From TPA_inf: Saccharomyces (Eukaryota), in the NCBI GenBank assembly GCA_000146045.2, contig BK006947.3, positions 64,001 to 128,000 of the forward strand: a stretch of DNA of 64,000 bases, given 5' to 3'. Shown here one piece after another: positions 23,897 through 35,900 of the stretch (positions are counted from its first letter, which is position 1; each line of letters starts with the position of its first letter). The position numbers and the translations under genes were made by a program. The notes beneath the pieces were generated by a model. It saw nothing but the letters and a program-made list of their open reading frames with translations, had not been told where the DNA came from and did not search any database.

Positions 23897-24736
23897 ATGT
23901 GTGAATACAGCAAGGCTCTTCATATTCTGCTCAAGTCGCCAGTAACGGATGACATAATAAAATTCTTAACAGACACAACATTGAGGGTTGTTCCTTCAAG
24001 CAACTACCCCACGCCTCCCGGTTCTCCAGGAGAGAAACACCTCACAAGGCTGCCATCGCTAATGACTTTTATCACTAGATTGGTCAGATACACCAACGTC
24101 TACACACCCACTCTGCTCACCGCTGCGTGCTATTTGAACAAATTAAAGCGTATTCTGCCCAGGGACGCTACTGGTCTCCCCTCGACCATCCATCGCATTT
24201 TCTTGGCCTGTTTGATACTGAGTGCTAAGTTTCACAATGACTCTTCTCCTTTAAACAAGCACTGGGCTAGGTACACCGATGGTCTCTTTACACTAGAGGA
24301 TATCAACCTTATGGAAAGGCAGTTGTTACAGCTGTTGAACTGGGACCTCAGGGTGAACACAGAAGATTTGATCCTAGATCTGCAGCCTCTATTAGAGCCC
24401 ATCAAGCAAGACTTGGCAAGATCCAGCGACCAAAGGAAGAGAATTAACATGATGATGTCCATGAACAGAAGGACTTGTGCTGGCACGAGTCCTATCAGAT
24501 CAAACAACAGATTCAAACTCTACGAAAAACAGAGAAACGTGTCGATAGCATCCGATTTAAGTTCTGCTACTCTAGTCGACAGTTGTAATGATCTAAGAAG
24601 GCTAAAAGATGTAACCAACATAGCGAACAACACAGTCGCTAACACGAATTACGTCAGGACGGTAGAGAAATGGAACGACAATGTCAACAGGCAAAGTTGG
24701 GATCTGGAACAGATCATGAGTCAACATGGGTTTTAA
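23897..24736 (+). CDS. PCL1: Pho85-associated G1 cyclin (279 aa)
   Basis: A 279-aa ORF containing a cyclin box. Length and synteny match YNL289W. Confidence 0.9.
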   Translation: MCEYSKALHILLKSPVTDDIIKFLTDTTLRVVPSSNYPTPPGSPGEKHLTRLPSLMTFITRLVRYTNVYTPTLLTAACYLNKLKRILPRDATGLPSTIHRIFLACLILSAKFHNDSSPLNKHWARYTDGLFTLEDINLMERQLLQLLNWDLRVNTEDLILDLQPLLEPIKQDLARSSDQRKRINMMMSMNRRTCAGTSPIRSNNRFKLYEKQRNVSIASDLSSATLVDSCNDLRRLKDVTNIANNTVANTNYVRTVEKWNDNVNRQSWDLEQIMSQHGF

Positions 24737-26302
24737 TGTGGTAAACAAGATGGCCCTTACGGGGCTCTTAGTGGGAGAAAGATTTTTAATAGAGCATAAT
24801 TAACGGATACATAATATATTATAAATTTAAATAATCAAGGATACCTAATAATAATAACAATCAACTGAACACAACATTAAAAATGGTATTTGTTATTGTA
24901 TGTTAAGCCCTAAGTGATTGTGCCGTTATAACTTCCATTCGGGTGATACCTGCAATATGAGGAAGAAAAAAGATAAATTTTTTCTTCTTAAAGTATAAAA
25001 GGCGGACATATTTGATTTAAATGCAGAAGTTTTCTCTCAGTGGTTTATGTTTTACATATGATAGAAAAAATGAAGCAATAGCAAAGTATCGTAGTGCGAA
25101 CCGGTCTCGTAACTTTGATAAGTTTATCAAAGGCGTTAACATTTTGTTTCGTAATAGTACCTTAACACATGACGAAGATGAAAATTAAACATGAATTCAA
25201 GGAAAAATGGTAAATGACGAGAAAAAAGCTGTGCACCAGTCTGAACATGGATGCCACAAGTACTCAGGTGTCCTATGAAGCATTAAGTATACCCAAATTT
25301 CTGATCCATTTTCCTTTATTTTCTTTTTTTTTTTTCTCTCACATCTGTGACTGTATTATGAGCAAACTGTTTACGTTGAACGGAATCGATATGTAAATTA
25401 AATCTTTTGAAATATGTAGGACAGTGCTTGTATAGGTCTGTTAAGTAGATTATAGAATGTACGCCTTTTTTCTGGGCGTGAAATAGATCAGAAATCCTGT
25501 TAGGTTGCCACTGGTCCATTTCAGTGTTGCTCATCCAATCAATCATGTATTTACATGCCTGGAGTGGCCTATTCTATGTATTAACAGCCTTTGCAAGACG
25601 CGACATTGTTCTTTCCGATATGGCTCGGAGTAGACTAAATATGCTACTTATAGTTTTTCTTGCGTATACCATTGTCTTATAGTTTTTGCACACATTAATG
25701 TTTAAAATTGAAACTACGAAGCAAAACAATAAAAAAAACAAACAAAACTTAAAAATAAACAAAAGACGCTCGAAACCAAGTGCATTTATTGAATGTTTTT
25801 GGGAATGCAAGTAGCAATACTATTGTAAAAGTACTACTATTTCCCTGTATCATACGCTTTTACTACTATTCCTCACATAAAGCGAGATGCTTACAGAATG
25901 CATAAGAGAGAGAAGAAAACCCTATTACGCCCACTTGTCTATATTAGATTACTGTCCCTATTTATATCATCATTGCAAAACGTGAGCACCTCATTAGACG
26001 TAGATTCTTGCATAAGTATTACTAGCAGGAGAGGAAAAACTCCACCCACACACCTCAACATGCTGAGAATTTTGCTGCGAGCAGCAAGAGGCAAAATCCA
26101 AATTTAAAGTAATTTACGCATAGAAGACATTGTAAAGGGATTGCAAAGACGTAGAGTACGCAAGTTAGAAACCGTTCATCTTTTAAAACTCCCAAGTTTT
26201 GACAAATTTGCGAGTGTGTGTGTTTCTGCTGATCTTGACGAGATTAAACTTTGTTCCTGAAGCAACAACGACAGCAACTGAACATCCTCTGAATAAGTTA
26301 AT

Positions 26303-27424
26303 ATGTTTTCCGCTCAAAAGCCAATATATGGCAATGGAGCAGGCGTGAACATGGGTGGTGGTGGTCCTTCAACTAATAATCCAGGATCTATGTCCATGCC
26401 TGGGGTTCCAACTTCAATGGGTCCAGGCATGAATCAACAAATTCCAAGTGGAGGCCCCATGCTAATGGGCAATACTCCGAATAATAATAATAGCAATGAA
26501 AATGGCGAGAACAACGGCAATAACGGCAATAACGGCGGTAACGATGCTAACGCAACTCGAAACAATCCCAACATGGTCAATAATAGAGGCGCAGTGCATG
26601 CTCTAGATGATCCCAATGTATACCACTGGATTTGTCAATTGACCTACGGCCCTCAAAAGGAACAAGCACTGCTTGAATTAGGTCGCAAAAGAGAACAGTT
26701 TGATGACCTTGCCGTTGTGCTTTGGTCTTCCTTTGGTGTAATGACCTCATTGCTGAACGAAATCATTTCCGTATATCCCATGCTGCAACCTCAGATGCTC
26801 TCTAACAATCTATCAAATCGTGTATGCAACGCTCTAGTTCTTCTACAGTGTGTTGCATCTCACCCAGAGACAAAACATCTCTTTTTACAGGCCCATATTC
26901 CTCTCTTTCTTTTCCCCTTCCTAAATACTACCTCCAGGCAAAGAACTTTTGAGTACTTGAGATTGACTTCATTAGGTGTGATAGGCGCATTGGTCAAAAA
27001 TGACTCACAAGACGTAATAACGTTTTTGCTAAGAACCGATATCGTGCCGTTATGCCTAAGGATCATGGAATCTTCTTCTGAGCTTTCCAAGACAGTCGCC
27101 ATTTTCATTTTACAGAAAATCCTACTAGATGACGTTGGATTGCAATACATCTGTGCCACCTTGGAAAGGTTCTACGCCGTAACTAATGTCTTAAAAGATA
27201 TGGTTGAGCACTTGACCGTGAGCACACCACCGGGACGACTACTGAAACATATCATTAGATGCTACTTAAGATTAAGCGACGATCTCGAAGCACGCAGGCT
27301 ATTGAAAATAGTCTTACCTGCCAAACTGAGAGATAACACTTTTACGGAAGTACTAAGAGACGACGTCGGGTCCAAGAGATGTCTGGCACAATTGCTACTG
27401 ACATTAAACGAAGAAACCTCATGA
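26303..27424 (+). CDS. CAF40: CCR4-NOT complex subunit, Rcd1/CNOT9 family (373 aa)
   Basis: The conserved Rcd1 armadillo-like core ([22 protein letters not shown]...) follows an Asn/Gly-rich N-terminus. Length is 373 aa. Confidence 0.92.
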   Translation: MFSAQKPIYGNGAGVNMGGGGPSTNNPGSMSMPGVPTSMGPGMNQQIPSGGPMLMGNTPNNNNSNENGENNGNNGNNGGNDANATRNNPNMVNNRGAVHALDDPNVYHWICQLTYGPQKEQALLELGRKREQFDDLAVVLWSSFGVMTSLLNEIISVYPMLQPQMLSNNLSNRVCNALVLLQCVASHPETKHLFLQAHIPLFLFPFLNTTSRQRTFEYLRLTSLGVIGALVKNDSQDVITFLLRTDIVPLCLRIMESSSELSKTVAIFILQKILLDDVGLQYICATLERFYAVTNVLKDMVEHLTVSTPPGRLLKHIIRCYLRLSDDLEARRLLKIVLPAKLRDNTFTEVLRDDVGSKRCLAQLLLTLNEETS

Positions 27425-27993
27425 TGCATCCCCATAGATATATTACTGTTTTTCTCTTTCTATTTTCCTGTATTGTTTTAACCTTGCCTTTTTGTTTTAG
27501 TTTCACTTCCTCACCTCTCCTAATTTTGTATAGTTATATTTATATGCATGAAATGTATAAAGTCCACTCATATTTCAGAATGGTTTAAGTTAAGTGCCAG
27601 AAGGTTCTTCTGTACTATTACTATTACCCATTTTTCATCCTATCACCCGGAATGTACCCCTTGTGTCATTCACTACGACGCCACGAACCACGATTCTATT
27701 TTTTTCGAAATCTAAAGGTTTCGTCAAGATCAATGAAATATACATAGGCGTTTTTTTGGATACGAGTTGCATTGTTGAGAACACAATTCTTTACAAATAA
27801 GTGCAAGGGAGGAATTGTGTGTGCTCATTACCAACGTACTTCTTCAGTTATTCTGCTAAACCCGTTTTTTTGTTCTTAGCTTCATCCAGGTGAGCCCGCA
27901 AACATTACAGAACGACGTATAATACAAAATAACTAAACAAATACGGATAGGACAAAAGCCAAGAAGCGATACTAAATCACAGAGCGAATCAAC

Positions 27994-30801
27994 ATGTCTG
28001 CACATACTTACAAAAAGTTTGAAAACTCGACCTCGGGCGATTTACCTGATAAAATGACCATTTATCAGGATTGTATGAACACGTTTAACGAATCACCTGT
28101 CAATTCCAAGAGATGTCGTTTATTGATTTCTCGCTTGCTGAGACTCTTGGCCCAGGGCGAAACCTTCCCACAGAATGAAGCAACTGCATTATTTTTCTCT
28201 ATCTCCAAATTATTTCAACACCAGAACGATCCTTTAAGGCAGGCTGTTTATTTGGCAATCAAGGAATTGAGTGGCATTTCGGAGGATGTGTTGATGGCAA
28301 CCTCTTCAATCATGAAGGACGTTCAAAACGGTTCCGATTTGATTAAGCCTGACGCTATTAGATCGCTGACTTATGTCTTGGATGAATCTACTGCTTTTTC
28401 CGCTGAAAGGTTATTAAAAAGTGCCGTGGTAAGTAGACATCCTTCAATATCCTCAGCAGCATTATGTACTTCTTATCATTTGCTGCCCATTTCAGAAGTC
28501 ACTATCAGAAGATTCACCAATGAAACTCAAGAAGCTGTTTTGGATTTGAAACAATTTCCAAATCAACACGGTAATAGCGAATATTATCCAAACTCCACTT
28601 ATATTTCTCAATATCATGCTCTTGGGTTGCTTTATCAACTGAAGAAAACTGATAAAATGGCGTTACTAAAATTGGTTAGACATTTCTCTGAAAACAATTC
28701 TATGAAAAATCAATTGGCCAAGGTAGAATTGGTCAAGATTGTCAACGATTTGATTTATAGGGATCCTCAATTATTTAGTCAATTCAGGCCACTTTTGTCT
28801 GATTGGCTATCCAACAAGTTCGAATCTGTTCAGTTGGAAACGGCGAAATTGATTACTTCTTTCGCTACTCGCAATTCCCGCTTAGTGGCTCCCGAGTTAT
28901 ATGCGGCAGCTATCAGTGCTTTACAGTCCTTACTGACCGTTCCTCGTGTTTCTTCTAGATTCGCTGCATTGAGAATCTTAAATAGAATATCCATGGTTTC
29001 ACCAGAAAAGATTGTTGTTTGTAATCCTGAACTAGAATCTTTAATTAATGATTCTAATAGAAACATTTCTACTTATGCAATCACCACTTTATTGAAGACA
29101 GGAACTTCCAAAAATATTTCATCTCTGATTTCGACTATTACTAATTTTATCCATGATGTCAGTGATGACTTTAAGATCATTATTATTGACGCCGTTCGTA
29201 CGTTGTCTTTGAACTTCCCACAGGAATGGAAGTCAATTTTGAACTTCTTAATCGATGTTTTGAAAAATAGTGAAGGTGGATTCAAATTTAAAAACAGTAT
29301 TGTCGAAGCATTAATCGATATTGTTTCATTTGTTCCACAGTCTAAAGAACTCGCCTTAGAAAACTTGTGTGATTTCATCGAGGATTGTGAATTCAACGAA
29401 ATACTAGTGAGAATACTACATCTTTTGGGTAAAGAAGGTCCATCTGCCCCAAATCCATCATTATATGTTAGACATATTTATAACAGAGTGGTGTTGGAAA
29501 ATTCTATTATTAGATCTGCTGCCGTTGTAGCTTTATCTAAGTTTGCTTTGACGAAGAACGATCCTACCTTATATGAGTCAATCATAAGTTTGTTAAAGAG
29601 AATCGCTAATGATAAAGACGATGAAGTCAGAGACAGAGCCACCATTGCACTAGAATTCATTGATTCGGCTAGGAATAAAGATGATGTTATAGCACAAAAT
29701 CTAATCGAATCCAAATATTTTTACGATATTCCATCATTAGAGTCAAAATTAAGTTCTTACATTTCCTCAAATACTGATTCATTTGCAACTGCATTTGATG
29801 TGAATCAAGTTCGTAAGTTTACTGAGGATGAAATGAAGGCAATAAATCTGAAGAGAAAGCAAGAACAAATTTTCAATCAAAAGTCTGAAACCACTTTGGA
29901 TACTACACCAGAGGCAGAGAGTGTTCCAGAAAAAAGAGCTGACGCTAATTCATTTGCTGGTCCAAACTTGGACGACCACCAAGAAGATCTACTAGCTACT
30001 AAGTACGCTGACGAATTGCTATCCATTGAACAAATTAAACCATTTGGTCAATTAGTAAATAGTTCTAGGGCTATCTCATTAACTGAGCCAGAAGCAGAAT
30101 TCGTTGTACGTGGTGTCAAACATCTCTTCAAAGACAATGTTGTTTTACAATTTAATATTACGAATACTCTGACGGATATTGCCCTAGACAATGTTTCTGT
30201 AGTCTGTACCCCTGAAATTTCTGATGAAGCTGAATTAGAAGAGCTATTCACCCTACAAGTGGACAGATTATTACCATCCGAGGAAGCAGCTTGTTACGTT
30301 GCATTCAAAAAACTTGATGAAATTGTAATGGAAGGTTTCTTGAACAACTTAACATTCACTACAAAAGAAATAAACCCTGACACTAATGAGCCATTTGATG
30401 GTGATGAAGGTTTCCAAGATGAATATGAAATTGACTCGATTTTCTTGAATGCTGGTGATTATGTTAAGAGTTCTTTCACTGGTAACTTCTCCGCTACATT
30501 TGATGAGTTGCCATGCGAAGAAGTTGCTGTTTTCAACATTCAAGAAGATTTATCCATACAAGAAGTAGTAGATAAGATTATTTTGAACAGTAGCTGCTTA
30601 CCGGTGGAAAGTACCCAATTTGCTCCAAGTGATTCAAACTCCCACACCTTGAAATTATTTGGTAAGAGTGCTTTAACTGGATCTAAAGTAGCCCTACAGA
30701 TTAAGATGATCAAGAGTTCGAAAGGTCTTGCTTTGAAAGTTCATGGTAAAGGTGAAGACAGCTTATTATGCTCTGATCTGGTGAATGGTCTAATGCAGTA
30801 A
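27994..30801 (+). CDS. SEC21: Coatomer gamma subunit (gamma-COP) (935 aa)
   Basis: A 935-aa ORF with an adaptin N-terminal HEAT region and an appendage domain. Matches YNL287W. Confidence 0.93.
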   Translation: MSAHTYKKFENSTSGDLPDKMTIYQDCMNTFNESPVNSKRCRLLISRLLRLLAQGETFPQNEATALFFSISKLFQHQNDPLRQAVYLAIKELSGISEDVLMATSSIMKDVQNGSDLIKPDAIRSLTYVLDESTAFSAERLLKSAVVSRHPSISSAALCTSYHLLPISEVTIRRFTNETQEAVLDLKQFPNQHGNSEYYPNSTYISQYHALGLLYQLKKTDKMALLKLVRHFSENNSMKNQLAKVELVKIVNDLIYRDPQLFSQFRPLLSDWLSNKFESVQLETAKLITSFATRNSRLVAPELYAAAISALQSLLTVPRVSSRFAALRILNRISMVSPEKIVVCNPELESLINDSNRNISTYAITTLLKTGTSKNISSLISTITNFIHDVSDDFKIIIIDAVRTLSLNFPQEWKSILNFLIDVLKNSEGGFKFKNSIVEALIDIVSFVPQSKELALENLCDFIEDCEFNEILVRILHLLGKEGPSAPNPSLYVRHIYNRVVLENSIIRSAAVVALSKFALTKNDPTLYESIISLLKRIANDKDDEVRDRATIALEFIDSARNKDDVIAQNLIESKYFYDIPSLESKLSSYISSNTDSFATAFDVNQVRKFTEDEMKAINLKRKQEQIFNQKSETTLDTTPEAESVPEKRADANSFAGPNLDDHQEDLLATKYADELLSIEQIKPFGQLVNSSRAISLTEPEAEFVVRGVKHLFKDNVVLQFNITNTLTDIALDNVSVVCTPEISDEAELEELFTLQVDRLLPSEEAACYVAFKKLDEIVMEGFLNNLTFTTKEINPDTNEPFDGDEGFQDEYEIDSIFLNAGDYVKSSFTGNFSATFDELPCEEVAVFNIQEDLSIQEVVDKIILNSSCLPVESTQFAPSDSNSHTLKLFGKSALTGSKVALQIKMIKSSKGLALKVHGKGEDSLLCSDLVNGLMQ

Positions 30802-31222
30802 GCTGTGAAATTTTATTTCAGTTAATCCCTTCTTTTGTTATCAATAGTATTAAAAGAAATGCGTCAGCTTTAGCAAGCGTGCATGCAAATAAGGGAATGA
30901 ACAGCAAGAACAATAATAAACCAAAAAAATCACGGATAGAATATGACGGATCATCACCACACGAAGAATAAATTATGTAATCTTTGTATAAACAAAATTT
31001 TTAAAGAAAAATACTATAATAGTTTGACAAGAGAAAACGAAATGGAAGAAACAGGACAACAGGGCAGAAAAAAGTTGACATTATGCAATTGATGAAAGAA
31101 GAAGAAGAAAAAAAACAAAAAAAAAGCACTAGTCTGACCAGGCATATTGTAAAAGGCTGCAGACCCTTGAACGCACTACACTTTTCACTGTATTCCGTTA
31201 CCAACATTACTGTTTGACAGCG

Positions 31223-32080
31223 ATGGATGCTGATGAATTGGAATTGAAAGGTCATTTGAAAAAATTGAAAAAAGAAGAATTGCTTAGAAGGAAACAGTTA
31301 AAAGAGAGTAATCTTCAGAAAAGAGAGCTTGAATATAATAATGCCTCAAAAAATACTTCAATATATATTTCTGGTCTTCCCACAGACAAAACAACGAAAG
31401 AAGGACTCACTGAGCAGTTTTGCAAGTATGGAATGATAAGAACCAATCGAGATGGGGAACCCCTTTGCAAGCTATATGTGAATGATAAAGGCGCTTTCAA
31501 AGGGGATGCCTTGATCACTTATTCCAAGGAAGAAAGTGTTACATTAGCAATCGAAATGATGAACGAGTCGATCTTCCTGGGAAAACAGATCAGGGTCGAA
31601 AGAGCCCAATTTCAAAACAAGGAAGGTGACAATATGCACGGGAAAGAAAATGATTTAAAGGAGTTCAACGGACCTGAGCCTCCAATAAAGAGGCTAAAAA
31701 AAGCGAAGTCTGAAGGGGAGGGGGAAGTAATAGATTACAATGACGATGAAAGCCTAGCAAAAGCTGATCGAACGGTGATATTTGCCAACGTATTCAATAT
31801 TTACAAATCATACACAAATGATGATATAAATGATATTCAGGAAGATCTTTTGGAAGGCTGTGAAGAGATAGGTCAAGTAGACAGTATATCTGTATCTCCC
31901 AATAAGGGGGAAGCGACGGTCGTCTTTAAGAACAATAAAGTTGCATTGCAATGTTGCAAAATCATGACCGGACGTTATTTTGATGGGCAAAAGTTGCTTG
32001 CTTTCATTTCTGGAGATGAGAACACTTCAAGCACAAGTGACAAGAATGAGGACAGCGAAGTGGAAGATGACCTTATATAG
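31223..32080 (+). CDS. CUS2: U2 snRNP assembly factor with RRM domains, Tat-SF1 homolog (285 aa)
   Basis: The ORF-track start at 31214 is TTG. The true ATG is at 31223 (MDADELELKGHL...). Two RRM-like segments are present. Confidence 0.88.
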   Translation: MDADELELKGHLKKLKKEELLRRKQLKESNLQKRELEYNNASKNTSIYISGLPTDKTTKEGLTEQFCKYGMIRTNRDGEPLCKLYVNDKGAFKGDALITYSKEESVTLAIEMMNESIFLGKQIRVERAQFQNKEGDNMHGKENDLKEFNGPEPPIKRLKKAKSEGEGEVIDYNDDESLAKADRTVIFANVFNIYKSYTNDDINDIQEDLLEGCEEIGQVDSISVSPNKGEATVVFKNNKVALQCCKIMTGRYFDGQKLLAFISGDENTSSTSDKNEDSEVEDDLI

Positions 32081-32240
32081 AACTGCAGTAAAAAAATGTA
32101 TTACCCCCATATCTTTGGTACTTAAGTAAAATAAGTGAACACAATGTAATAAACAGAATGGATTAGGGCTTTATGACTTCCCAGTACAAAATAAATGTCG
32201 ATATAATACTTGAAAATGCAAGCAATGCCATCAAAAAATT

Positions 32241-32312
32241 TGAGCGGTACGAGAATCGAACCCGTGTCCCCACCTTGGAAGGGTGGGATGATAACCACTA
32301 CACTAACCGCCC
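32241..32312 (-). tRNA. tRNA-Gly (anticodon UCC)
   Basis: The minus strand reads GGGCGGTTAGTGTAGTGGTTATCATCCCACCCTTCCAAGGTGGGGACACGGGTTCGATTCTCGTACCGCTCA. It folds into a cloverleaf with a 7-bp acceptor stem and a T-run terminator downstream. Confidence 0.9.
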
Positions 32313-32609
32313 ATGTGTTGGATGGTGTAACTGTAATGACGAGGTAATAAGTGATGGCGACTATATCACCACCGAAACACAGCGATTACTTAAAAGGGTA
32401 ATCACTACTGCGATTCTAATTGTTGGAATAAACCAAACCTCTTCCGATAATGTTGGAACGAGAGTAATTAATAGTGACATGTGTTGCTATGGTAACAATC
32501 TAATGCTTACATCGTATATTAATGTACACCTCGTATACGTTTAAGTGTGATTGCACCTATTGCAGAAGGAATGTTAAACGAGAAGCTCAGACAATACTGA
32601 AGCTGTGTT

Positions 32610-32941
32610 TGAGAAATGGGTGAATGTTGAGATAATTGTTGGGATTCCATTGTTGATAAAGGCTATAATATTAGGTATACAGAATATACTAGAAGTTCTC
32701 CTCGAGGATATAGGAATCCTCAAAATGGAATCTATATTTCTACATACTAATATTACGATTATTCCTCATTCCGTTTTATATGTTTCATTATCCTATTACA
32801 TTATCAATCCTTGCACTTCAGCTTCCTCTAACCTCGATGACAGCTTCTCATAACTTATGTCATCATCTTAACACCGTATATGATAATATATTGATAATAT
32901 AACTATTAGTTGATAGACGATAGTGGATTTTTATTCCAACA
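32610..32941 (-). repeat. Ty1 3' LTR (delta), 332 bp
   Basis: Identical to the 38192-38523 copy over all positions I compared. Begins TGTTGGAATAAAAATCCACTATCG... on the element strand. Confidence 0.93.
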
Positions 32942-32963
32942 TACCACCCATAATGTAATAGAT

Positions 32964-35900
32964 CTAATGAATCCATTTGTTTGTTAATAGTTTGAATGTT
33001 TTTATCGGAAGAGGTTTGGTCATTACGTCTGCAATATTCTTTTTGGTTTCGATATAGCATACGTGCAGATGATTTCCTGATACTTCATCTCTCAATCTCA
33101 TTGCTTTAGTACCAAAAAATCTGTTCCTAAATTTCTCTTCATTATTGGATATAATTATACTGATTGTAGATTTACTGTCGGTTAGTAATCCTTTGGTAAT
33201 TGGTTTCTTGTCAAGTTCTTGTATCAGGTAACTTAGATTATTTAATAATGGGACAGATTCACTTATCGCGTGTATTTCTGCTTCCGTAGTTGAAGTACAT
33301 GTTAATGAAGCCTTGGTGGACTTTCCTCCAATTACCTTTCCATTAAGTAAATATATGTTGCCAATTTGTGATTTATAATACGGTTGGTTGCCATACGAGG
33401 CATCGCTTATAACAACTAATTTATTTGTTGGCTTAACAGGTTTGCTTTTGTGCCATATTAATTGCTTATCTCTCGTATTCCATATGAACTGTATCAATTC
33501 ATATGTCATATCTAACACTTGCTTGGACGGAAATAGTATATGTTGTGCAAGTGTGTTGATGTAGTATAATAGGTCAAATCTAAATTTATATCCAACATAT
33601 GATGCTAGACCTATCAGCTTTTGCATTTCATGTACCTTCATTTTGTAATCATCTTCTTCTAGCTCTAGTTCTTGCTGGTCTATATATAGACCTGGTTGAC
33701 CTGGAGCACTAAGTTTCCTTCCTTTTGGGTTTAAAGGTACGTTTAGTTTGGGTATTTTTTCAGTTAATGAGTTTTCCATACCCAATTTCATGTATTTACC
33801 TCTTTGGTATTTGATTTCCAAGCCAAGAATGTCATATTGAATTTCCTCATCACTTTCGCCTAGATTTATAATCTTGGTGTCGTATTGCATCTTAAGCTTC
33901 TCTATAATTCTTTTGTTTGAATTTAGATTTTTGCTAAACAATACCATATCATCTACGAATAAACAAATTGTCACTTGACTGTTTTTAAATACGCATGACC
34001 ATCCACGAACTTCTTCCATACCACATTGTTGTATCAGGTATGATTTGATAGTTTCGTACCAGTTCGCACCACTTTGTTTCAATCCATAAAGCGATTTCTT
34101 CAAACGTATTAACTTATCATTCATTCCTAAATGTGGTGGAGGTCTTATGTATAATTCTTCTTTGATGTCTGCATACAAATATGCCGAAGATATGTCTAAT
34201 TGTGTAATATAGTAGTTATTGTCTAATGCAAGTGACAGGGATGTCATTAATGCATAGTGATGTACGGTATTGGATTGCATGCCTGAGTCGTAAGTGTCAG
34301 GATGTTGAATATCACCTCTCGCAACAAATCTAGCTTTATGAGTACCGTCACGTTTCCTGTTAAAGATAAACATTGAATTTATTACTCTTTTGGGGTCTAT
34401 TTCTTTTCTGTCATAATATCTGTCAGTGTCCCAAGTTTTCATCTTCAACAGTTGGTTGACTTCTTTGTGGTATGCTTCGATATATTTTTCTTTTTCTTTA
34501 ATATCTTTATTATAGGTGATTGCCTCATCGTATCGTAAGGTTGTTCGTATTGGTTTGATTGATTTTACTGCTTTTACAGCTGCAATCAGGTGAATTCGTT
34601 TCTTCGATCTCGGAGGTTCTAAACTACGCATATTCTTAGTATTCCATGTGTCTCGTGATACCTTAATTTCAGTTTCATTATCTTCTAATGATCTTTTCTT
34701 ACTGTTGATAGTAGTATAGGCATTAGAGTCACCAATACCACCCAAACTGGAATTAGTTTGACGAGAATTGATCGGTGGAAGTTCTTTAAAGGAGTCTGAT
34801 AATTTGGTAGGAGGTTCTGGAGGCAGATCGGGAAGTGGAAGATCAGCAATTATAGATTCCTCTGTATTCTCCTTAGGACAGGTATCTGACGTTTTGATAG
34901 GAACGACGTGGTGTAGTGAATTACTTTCTGATGAGGAAGTATCGATCGAAGGTGAACGGTGTATAATCCTTTTCTCAGTCTCCTGTTCGCTTGTCTGCGG
35001 AACAGTTTTATTATTGGTACCACCCGTACTGGATATTGGTACGTTTGTATGATTAGTCTCATTGTCACTGTACGAGTCTGAGTGTCTGAAATCTTTAGAT
35101 TTACTGGTGTGCGACGATTCATGTGTGTTATATTGGGACATGGGAGCAAGTAAAGGAACATCTAATCTATGCATACCACCCGAACCAGTACTCTCGATAT
35201 CGGAAATTTGGGGGGTGCTAGATCTCTTCTTTGATGGAAGGATATTAGATTTAGATATGTTGGGATCAACTTCTCTGGGTGCGCGAATATTGGTTTTAGA
35301 AACACGTTTCGAATCTTCAGTATGAGTTGACGGAGGTGTGGAATCGGTTGGACTCACAGCTTTTGAAAGGACATTTCTCGGTTGCTCAGGATGTAGTTCG
35401 ATGTCAGATTGGAAGTCATGGTCAGATTCTATGTTAAGATCATCGGATTGTTGGATCTCATTTGACGCAATGAACGATTGATATGAAGCAGTTAAACGGT
35501 TTAAGTCTTCATCGAAAGTGAGTGCGTCGTAATTGAATTGATCTAATCTGGATTCCTTGCCCTGAAGAATAACATAGTTAGTTGTATCTACTGTCTTCTT
35601 TAAGGATGGAAGATAGATGATATATCCATAAGAGTTTCGAGACGGATGTAGAGCGTAGCCTGGGATGCCACGAGGATGTATTTTGGAGTTAGGGTTGTGA
35701 TCATTGACGATAACAGGTTGACCGAAAGGTAACAAAGTACTGATATCAAGTCCTGCCAAGCCAGCATGTTGTCTTGCAGATTTTTTGCTTTTAGGTGAAG
35801 CTAGTGAATTTCTCACAATAGTAGAAAATTCGATTGCAGAGAACCATAAATGGTTCGGTAAACCACTACATTGCAGTTGAGTACGGCAGTCATCTAATAA

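Noticed and set aside
25030-25060. ARS consensus-like GTTTATGTTTT
   Set aside because: A 10/11 match occurs by chance frequently in AT-rich intergenic DNA. Without B-elements or replication data this is not a supportable ARS call. I kept it only as a low-interest hypothesis in the findings.
32605-32853. An 82-aa ORF and an identical 77-aa ORF (38202-38435) reading through the two Ty1 LTRs
   Set aside because: These are frames through the delta LTR on the strand opposite to Ty1 transcription. Their identical sequence simply reflects LTR identity.
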